Shown piece by piece: positions 56,534-64,000 of a stretch of 64,000 nt of DNA. Within the stretch, counting starts at the first letter, position 1, and the number at the start of each line of letters is the position of its first letter. Location of the stretch: positions 1,728,001 to 1,792,000 of the forward strand of contig CP051526.1 in NCBI GenBank assembly GCA_050916045.1. Direction: 5' to 3'. This DNA comes from Tepidisphaera sp. (GTDB lineage Bacteria > Planctomycetota > Phycisphaerae > Phycisphaerales > UBA1924). The notes below the pieces were generated by a model that was given only the letters and a program-made list of their open reading frames with translations, was not told the DNA's origin and ran no database searches. The position numbers and the translations under genes are program-made.

Positions 56534-57454
56534 ATGGACGCCGATCCGCAACGTCAAGCGACAGCACTCCCACGCCTGCGAGCAAACCGCGGATTTTCGC
56601 TGGTTCAATTGTTCGTCGTCCTCGTCATGTTCGGGCTCGTCGCCGTCTTTGTGACGATCCTGATGCAGCTTTCGCGGGCTCGAGATCTGAGTCGGCAGAT
56701 CAATTGCAGCGCGAACGTGCGAGGGATTCATCAGGGGTTTGTGCTCTCGGCTTCGAATGGTGAAGAGCGTTACATCCTGCCTTCGATCATCGACAAAGCC
56801 GGGAACACGATCCGCGGCGATGCGGCGGCGAAGAACACCACCTCCGCGATCGTTTCCGCCCTGCTCTACGGCACGTACATCAATCCGGAGATGTGCGTCT
56901 CGCCCGCGGAAAAGAGTCCGAACATCAGGGTCATGGAGAACTTTGAGTACGACGCACCCACGGGTACTGTCAACCCCAAGCTCGCGTTGTGGGATCCCGC
57001 GTTCCAAGCCGACTTCACCGCGAAGGGCGGCGGCAACTTCAGCTACGCTCACATGATGCCCGCGGGCGAGCGTCGCAAGCTCTGGACGAACACCTTCAAC
57101 GATCGCGAAGCCGTCATCGGCAACCGAGGTCCGCTCATCTCGTCGGTGTCGAAGGGAGCCTCGCCGAACGTCACGCCGACGTTCAACACGTCGAGCTACA
57201 CCCTCCGCATCCATGGCCCGCGTGCGTCGTGGGAGGGAAACATCGCGTACAACGACAACCACGTGTCGTACGAAGAGACCATGCACGGCTACTTCTCCAA
57301 GGACGCGATCTCGTACGAAGCCGCCGACAAGACGATCTGGCACGACCTCTTCCACTTCGACGAGCCCGACGATCCCTCCGGCCTGAACAACTTCCTCGGC
57401 ATCTACACGCAGGCGGGGCCCACGCCGGCGGCTTTCAAGACGATCTGGGACTGA
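56534..57454 (+). CDS. Prepilin-type protein (DUF1559-like), paralog B
   Basis: G|FSLVQLFVVLVMFGL; shares NVRGIHQG, LWDPAF, FSYAHMMP and EGNIAYNDNHV with paralog A. ATG 56534. Confidence 0.85.
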   Translation: MDADPQRQATALPRLRANRGFSLVQLFVVLVMFGLVAVFVTILMQLSRARDLSRQINCSANVRGIHQGFVLSASNGEERYILPSIIDKAGNTIRGDAAAKNTTSAIVSALLYGTYINPEMCVSPAEKSPNIRVMENFEYDAPTGTVNPKLALWDPAFQADFTAKGGGNFSYAHMMPAGERRKLWTNTFNDREAVIGNRGPLISSVSKGASPNVTPTFNTSSYTLRIHGPRASWEGNIAYNDNHVSYEETMHGYFSKDAISYEAADKTIWHDLFHFDEPDDPSGLNNFLGIYTQAGPTPAAFKTIWD

Positions 57455-57559
57455 CGCGCGAGCTCCGACGGCTGGAACGGCGTTGTGGAAACGGTTCCCG
57501 CCCTCGGCATGGTGCTTCGCGTGCCATTCCCACACTCCGCGCGGCGCTCGCGTCGCTGA

Positions 57560-58939
<1,380 letters not shown>

Positions 58940-58949
58940 ATGGCTTTCG

Positions 58950-59679
58950 CCTCCCCCGGCCCCGCCGGGGGAGGTGCCGAGTCTTCGAGGCGGAGGGGGT
59001 TCTGCGATGATCGCAGAGCCCCCGACCCCACCTCTCCACCTTCCACGTTGCGACGCTCGACCAGATTCCATGCCGGGTCAGAGGCGACTTTGATGGCTCC
59101 GTGTCGGGGCTGGGACGCTGTTGCAGATGTACCGCCCGCCAGATGATGAGCATCAGGGTTCGCTGCGCCCGACGATCCGGCCCACGGAACGAGCACGCGC
59201 GCACGCGAAGGAACTCCGCGCGGAACTCTCGCCGCCCGAGCGTGTTTTGTGGTCAAAGCTCCGACGCGAGCAACTGCATGGGTTCAAGTTTCGTAAGCAG
59301 CATCCGATGGGTCCTTGGATCGCGGACTTCTATTGCCACGAAGCGCTGCTTGTCGTCGAGATCGACGGATCGACGCACAACGGAGAACGGAAAGACCTCG
59401 ACGACGCTCGTGATCAATGGATGACGGCGCGGAACATCGGTGTTTTCCGCGTGACGGCCCGCGATGTGTTCGAGAATCTCTTCGGCGTGCTCTCGGCGAT
59501 CTCTCGCCGATGTCATGAGCGGGTCGCGAAGCTCCACACGCCTCCCCCGGCCCTGCCGGGATAGGTGACCGAGCGCCGCATGGCCGGAGGTGGTGCGGAA
59601 GCGGGGCAGAATGTCGGTCGAAAGGCAATCCCCCTCCGCCTCGAAGACTCGGCACCTCCCCCGCCGGGGGCGGGGGAGG
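58950..59679. mobile_element. DUF559 cassette bounded by long inverted repeats
   Basis: 58966-58999 is the exact reverse complement of 59630-59663 (34 bp). The match extends imperfectly to 58950/59679. A degenerate direct copy lies at 59541-59573. Confidence 0.7.
59127..59564 (+). CDS. DUF559 / Vsr-like endonuclease
   Basis: AKELR..SPPERVLW..LR...GFKFRKQHPMGPWIADFYC...LVVEIDGSTH...D..RD. Confidence 0.9.
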   Translation: MYRPPDDEHQGSLRPTIRPTERARAHAKELRAELSPPERVLWSKLRREQLHGFKFRKQHPMGPWIADFYCHEALLVVEIDGSTHNGERKDLDDARDQWMTARNIGVFRVTARDVFENLFGVLSAISRRCHERVAKLHTPPPALPG

Positions 59680-59760
59680 AGAGGAACCGGCGTGGGCGGA
59701 GGGACCTTTACCGTTTCTTCGTCCGCGAACACGCTCGGGCTCGCGGCCTGACGGCTTTGG

Positions 59761-59797
59761 AGCGGCGGGGGGGAGGCCTTCCGCCGCTTCTTTCTTT
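59761..59797 (+). terminator. Intrinsic terminator
   Basis: AGCGGCGG...CCGCCGCT stem followed by TCTTTCTTT. Confidence 0.65.
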
Positions 59798-59898
59798 GCA
59801 ATCACCCCCCGGTCTGGTAGCATTGCTCTCAAGCACGCGGGCGTGCCGGGAGGGCCTTGGGCTCCCCCGGTGGGGCTCGCTTTGGAGGAGCGTTCGCT

Positions 59899-61116
59899 AT
59901 GGGTTTCACGAAGCACGGGCGGTCGGTGGCGGCGGCAGGGATGAGGGCAGGGGCAGGGGTAGGGGTGGGAGCGGTAGGGTTCCTGGCCGGGGGGCTCAGC
60001 GCCGGGGCCGTGGCGGTGGTGCTGCTTTGGACGGGGACCGTCGGAGCCGGCCCGCTTGATCCGCCCGCCGGGCCTGTGGCTTCGACGTTCAAGACCCTGG
60101 GCGAGGTTGAGCCGAGGGTCGCGATCAACGCCGCCAACACCCCCGGTGATGCCGACAGCCTCTTCCGAATCACCCAGCCCGGGTCGTACTACCTCACGGA
60201 CAACGTGACGGGTGTCTCGGGCAAGGTGGGCATCGAGATCAGCGTCGAGAACGTCACCATCGACCTGAGCGGCTTTACGATGACCGGCGTGCCGGGGTCC
60301 CTTGGCGGGATCGTCGCGAGCCCCTTCAACCGCGACGCCATCACCATCCTCAACGGGACCGTCTCCAACTGGGGCGGCAGCGGCATCGACATGCGTTCGG
60401 CCACCAGCCTCGGCCTGGGGTACCGCGTCGAGGGCGTCCGCGCCAACTACAACGGCCAGCACGGGTTCTCGATCGGCGACGGCGCGATCCTCATCGGCTG
60501 CTCCGCCCAGAACAACACCTCGCATGGGTTCAACTTCGCCAACCACGCCACCGTGCAGAACTGCAACGCGTACAACAACACGGGCAGCGGGTTCGAAGGC
60601 GGGTTCGGGCTCACGATCACCTCCTGCGTCTCCCGAGACAACGAGACGCACGGGTTCAACATCAGCTTCGGCACGATCTCCCTGTCCGAGGCCTCGCGCA
60701 ACGCCCTCGAAGGCTTCCGGACCGCCCGCGGCCTCGTGACGGCGTGCTCCGCGAGCTTCAACGCCGGAATCGGCGTGGTCATCACCACCACCGGCTCGAT
60801 CACCAACTGCTCCATCCACGGCAACACCGGTGGCGGCGTCAGCGTGCTCAACACCTCCACGGTCCTCCACAATCAGATCAACGCGGGCGTCATCGGCATC
60901 GCCGCCGGCGGCGCCGACAACCGCATCGAGGGCAACACCGTCACCGGCGCCACCACGGGCATCAGCGTCACCGGCACCGGCAACATCATCATCCGCAACG
61001 CGGCCTCGGGCGGCACGACCCGCTACTCGATCGTCGGGGGCAACTCCACCGGGCCCATCGTCACCGCCGCCGGCATGGCCGCGCTGACGAACCCCGCCGC
61101 GAACTTCGACTACTGA
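59899..61116 (+). CDS. Exported right-handed parallel beta-helix protein, paralog A
   Basis: GGAGG RBS; AGPLDPPAGPV...ITQPGSYYLT...NVTIDLSGF; repeated CxAxxN..GF units. Confidence 0.85.
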   Translation: MGFTKHGRSVAAAGMRAGAGVGVGAVGFLAGGLSAGAVAVVLLWTGTVGAGPLDPPAGPVASTFKTLGEVEPRVAINAANTPGDADSLFRITQPGSYYLTDNVTGVSGKVGIEISVENVTIDLSGFTMTGVPGSLGGIVASPFNRDAITILNGTVSNWGGSGIDMRSATSLGLGYRVEGVRANYNGQHGFSIGDGAILIGCSAQNNTSHGFNFANHATVQNCNAYNNTGSGFEGGFGLTITSCVSRDNETHGFNISFGTISLSEASRNALEGFRTARGLVTACSASFNAGIGVVITTTGSITNCSIHGNTGGGVSVLNTSTVLHNQINAGVIGIAAGGADNRIEGNTVTGATTGISVTGTGNIIIRNAASGGTTRYSIVGGNSTGPIVTAAGMAALTNPAANFDY

Positions 61117-61167
61117 TCGCCGCTCGCCACCGCCTTTCCCTCATGCTGACCACTGGAGCCAGAACAC

Positions 61168-62226
61168 ATGAACCGCACCGCCGTCGTCGCCGCCGTCGCT
61201 CTCTTCGCCCTCGCCGCCGGAACGAGCCTGCTCATCGCCGGCCCGCTTGATCCGCCCGCCGGGCCGGTTGCGCCCACCTTCAAGACCCTGAGCGACGTCG
61301 AGCCCAGGATCGCCTTGAGCGCGGCCAACACCCCCGGCGACGCCGACAGCGTCTTCAAGATCACCCAGCCGGGGTCGTACTACCTGACGGGGAATCTCAG
61401 CGGCCTCTCCGGCAAGAGCGGGATCGAGATCACCGCGAACAACGTCACGATCGACCTCCGCGGGTTCACGATGCAGGGGGTTGCGGGCTCGCTCGACGGG
61501 ATCACATCGACGGGGGTGGTCGGGGTCGCGATCCAGAACGGGTTTATCATCGGGTGGGTCGATGGGATCGATCTGGCGCTCGGCGGGCAGAGTTGGGTCT
61601 CGGGCGTCAACGCGTCGGACAACACGGGCACGGGTCTCCGACTTGGAAACGAAGCGATCGTGCGCGAGTGCACCGCCTTCAGCAACGGCGGAAGCGGGAT
61701 CTCGGTCAGCGGCACCGGCAGCGGCGTGATCGAGTCGTGCATCGCCCGGTCCAACACGCTTGACGGGATCGTCCTGTCAGCCTCAGGCGTGGTCAGGAAC
61801 TGCGAGGCGCGGGGCAACGGCGGGGCGGGCATCCGCTCTTCGTCCAGCGGATACTCGCACATCACGGAATGCTCCGCGGTCGAGAACGTCGGCGACGGCA
61901 TCCGTGTCGGCAACGGGGCGACCGTCTCGCGGAACACATGCTCGTTCAACGGTGACGCCGGGATTGGAGCCGGGATCCGCGTCATCGGCGTCGACAACCG
62001 CATCGAGGAGAACAACTGCGCGTCCAACGAGCGGGGCATCGAGGTCACGGGCTCGAGCAACTTCATCGCCCGCAACACCGCGACGGGCAGCATTGTCAAC
62101 AACTGGGTCATCGCAGCCAACAACGTGGTCTTCGTCGTCGTCGGCAACAACGCCGGGGCGTTCACAGGGTTCTCCGGCGGCACCGCTCCGGGCTCAACCG
62201 ACCCCAATGCCAATTTCTCGTACTGA
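61168..62226 (+). CDS. Exported right-handed parallel beta-helix protein, paralog B
   Basis: Signal peptide; same N-terminal module as paralog A; CxAxxN..GI repeats; ends DPNANFSY. Confidence 0.88.
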   Translation: MNRTAVVAAVALFALAAGTSLLIAGPLDPPAGPVAPTFKTLSDVEPRIALSAANTPGDADSVFKITQPGSYYLTGNLSGLSGKSGIEITANNVTIDLRGFTMQGVAGSLDGITSTGVVGVAIQNGFIIGWVDGIDLALGGQSWVSGVNASDNTGTGLRLGNEAIVRECTAFSNGGSGISVSGTGSGVIESCIARSNTLDGIVLSASGVVRNCEARGNGGAGIRSSSSGYSHITECSAVENVGDGIRVGNGATVSRNTCSFNGDAGIGAGIRVIGVDNRIEENNCASNERGIEVTGSSNFIARNTATGSIVNNWVIAANNVVFVVVGNNAGAFTGFSGGTAPGSTDPNANFSY

Positions 62227-62342
62227 TCGATCACCGCGGAAGCGGCAAGCAGGCCGGGAAGCCGCCCATTCCCGCCGCTCACGTCCGATGTTCGAGGGCA
62301 GGCCCGGTTCATCGGCCTTAGAGCGAGCGCGGAGGAGGATGT

Positions 62343-64000
62343 ATGCGTCGTGTGTGGTCGGGTTTGCTTGGACTAGCCATGCTTGCGCCGGCCGCGTCGG
62401 CGCAGACGGCTTTCACGTACCAGGGTGAGCTTCGGAGCGGGGGGAGTCCGGCGGCGGGGCTTTACGACCTTCGGTTTCGGCTTTACGACGCCGCGAGCGG
62501 CGGGCTTCAGGTCGGGACCACGCTCTGCGCGGACAACGTGACCGTCGTGGGCGGCCGGTTCACGGTCGCGCTGGACTTTGGACCCTCGTTCACCGCGGCG
62601 AGGTTCCTTGAAGTGGACGTGCGGCAGGATTCGGGGCTGAACTGCGGCAGCGCGGCCGGCTTTGTGACGCTGACGCAGCGGCAAGCGGTGACGCCGGCGC
62701 CTTCGGCGACGCACGCGGCGACGAGCGGGAGCGCGGGCAACGCCGACCAACTCGGCGGGCAGAACGCGGCGTTCTACCTCAACGCGGGGAACCTGACGGG
62801 AACAGTGAGCGATGCGCGGCTTTCGACGAACGTGCCGCGTCTGAACGCGGCGTCGACGTTCTCGGCGGTGCCGGCGTTTAACGGGGGGACGACGGGCAGT
62901 TCCGCGCCGTTCAGCGTCGATTCGACGTTCAGGGTGACGAACCTCAACGCGGACCTCCTCGACGGGCTGGACAGCACCTCGTTCGCGCTGGCGAGCCACA
63001 CGCACGACGCGTCGGCGATCGCGAGCGGCACGCTGTTGGACGCACGTCTCTCGACGAACATCGGCAGGCTGAACGGCAACCAGAACTGGACGGGCTCGAA
63101 CGTCTTTAGCGGGAACAACAGCTTCAGCGGCGATGGCGCGGGGCTCACAAATCTCAACGCGAGTCAGATCGGCAGCGGCCAGGTGCCCGACAGCCGACTT
63201 CCCCCGACGGTCGCGCGGCTTGCCTCGGCCAACACCTTCACGAACGCCCAGACGATCTCGACGGGGGCGCAGTTCCCCTTCACGGTGGTCGGGAGTTCCG
63301 GCGGCGGGGCCTGGCTTCGTCTGAGCAACACCTCGGCGGGCGGGCGTGAGTGGAGCTTGATCTCAACCGGCAGCGGCAACGGCGAAGGAGCCGGCAAGCT
63401 GCTTGTGCGGGATGGTTCGGCGGCCTCCGTCCGCATGGCGTTTGATACCGACGGTGATGTGGGCATCGGCACCGTCGCGCCGGCGGGCAAACTCGATCTC
63501 ACCGCGTCTGACCCGCGGTTCGCGATTCGCAACATCAACGACGTGGGTGGCGGTTACATCCAGCAATCGGGAAACGCACTCCAACTTGGCCTGTACAACC
63601 CGTCGGCGAGCGGATGGGGCAACGTGCCCGCGAACGGGTTCCGAGCCGCGCTCGGAGTGGACAACACGGGGCGAGTGGGCAGCCTCACGAACACCGGCCT
63701 CGCCCCGACATTCCGCAACATCCTCGACGACGGCAGCGGAAACGCGAGCATCCAAGGGAGCATCACGGCCAACAACCTGCCCGCGATCAAGGTCGTTTCG
63801 ACGGACGTCGCCGGCTTTCTCGAGTCACGGTCGGTCACCCTGATCGAGAACATCACCGTGAACGTCCCCGCGAACGGCACACTCAAAATCACCGCCCGCT
63901 GCCCAGCGGCACTCACCGCTTACGACACGCAGACCTCCACCGCCACACTCGAACTGAAGGAGACCACGGGCGCGGAGGTCACGATCCGGCAAGCTGTCTT
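62343..64000 (+). CDS. Exported tail-fibre-like protein (FTYQG N-terminal domain), truncated by window end
   Basis: Not in the ORF track because it has no stop. GGAGGAGG RBS, then MRRVWSGLLGLAMLAPAASAQTAFTYQGELRSGG...YDLRFRLYDA. Frame checked at several points and open to the end; DARLSTN repeats and GDVGIGT motif. Confidence 0.85.
   Translation, partial: MRRVWSGLLGLAMLAPAASAQTAFTYQGELRSGGSPAAGLYDLRFRLYDAASGGLQVGTTLCADNVTVVGGRFTVALDFGPSFTAARFLEVDVRQDSGLNCGSAAGFVTLTQRQAVTPAPSATHAATSGSAGNADQLGGQNAAFYLNAGNLTGTVSDARLSTNVPRLNAASTFSAVPAFNGGTTGSSAPFSVDSTFRVTNLNADLLDGLDSTSFALASHTHDASAIASGTLLDARLSTNIGRLNGNQNWTGSNVFSGNNSFSGDGAGLTNLNASQIGSGQVPDSRLPPTVARLASANTFTNAQTISTGAQFPFTVVGSSGGGAWLRLSNTSAGGREWSLISTGSGNGEGAGKLLVRDGSAASVRMAFDTDGDVGIGTVAPAGKLDLTASDPRFAIRNINDVGGGYIQQSGNALQLGLYNPSASGWGNVPANGFRAALGVDNTGRVGSLTNTGLAPTFRNILDDGSGNASIQGSITANNLPAIKVVSTDVAGFLESRSVTLIENITVNVPANGTLKITARCPAALTAYDTQTSTATLELKETTGAEVTIRQAV

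Noticed and set aside
59899..64000. Prophage tail region
   Set aside because: The proteins have signal peptides and host-like codon usage, with no capsid, terminase, integrase or baseplate genes.

Overview
High-GC bacterial chromosomal window, most likely Planctomycetota / Phycisphaerales. This is inferred from a GC-type dockerin-like C-terminus, a Minf_1886-type protein, prepilin/DUF1559-like proteins, CxxCGYD...CPECG membrane proteins and an OmcB-like protein. It holds about 50 genes. Housekeeping content: tRNA-Tyr, trpD, an argR-argC-argB-argF-argG-argH operon, dnaG-rpoD, ccsB/ccsA, phoU, pyk and eno. There are also glycoside hydrolases (GH127, GH2) and many exported or surface proteins. 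The most interesting locus is a tight minus-strand operon (31018->24590). It encodes an SBP-vWA lipoprotein, a second paralogous SBP, a PspA/IM30 (ESCRT-III superfamily) protein, a 2-TM coiled-coil protein and a classical AAA+ ATPase, with no ABC permease. This looks like a bacterial ESCRT-III/Vps4-like membrane-remodelling or stress-sensing system. It is followed directly by three divergent Zn-ribbon membrane paralogs, one broken by an in-frame TGA at a conserved Trp. Other observations: (1) widespread apparently leaderless genes (TANNNT 5-8 nt before the start); (2) a REP doublet and a 21-bp repeat array sitting in-frame inside a GH2 gene; (3) a DUF559 nuclease cassette bracketed by 34-bp perfect inverted repeats; (4) a candidate three-way-junction RNA upstream of dnaG; (5) gammaproteobacterial-like arg enzymes under a non-gamma-type ArgR; (6) a tail-fibre-like exported ORF, absent from the ORF track, that runs off the window end. 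All family calls come from motif recognition by eye; no searches were run.
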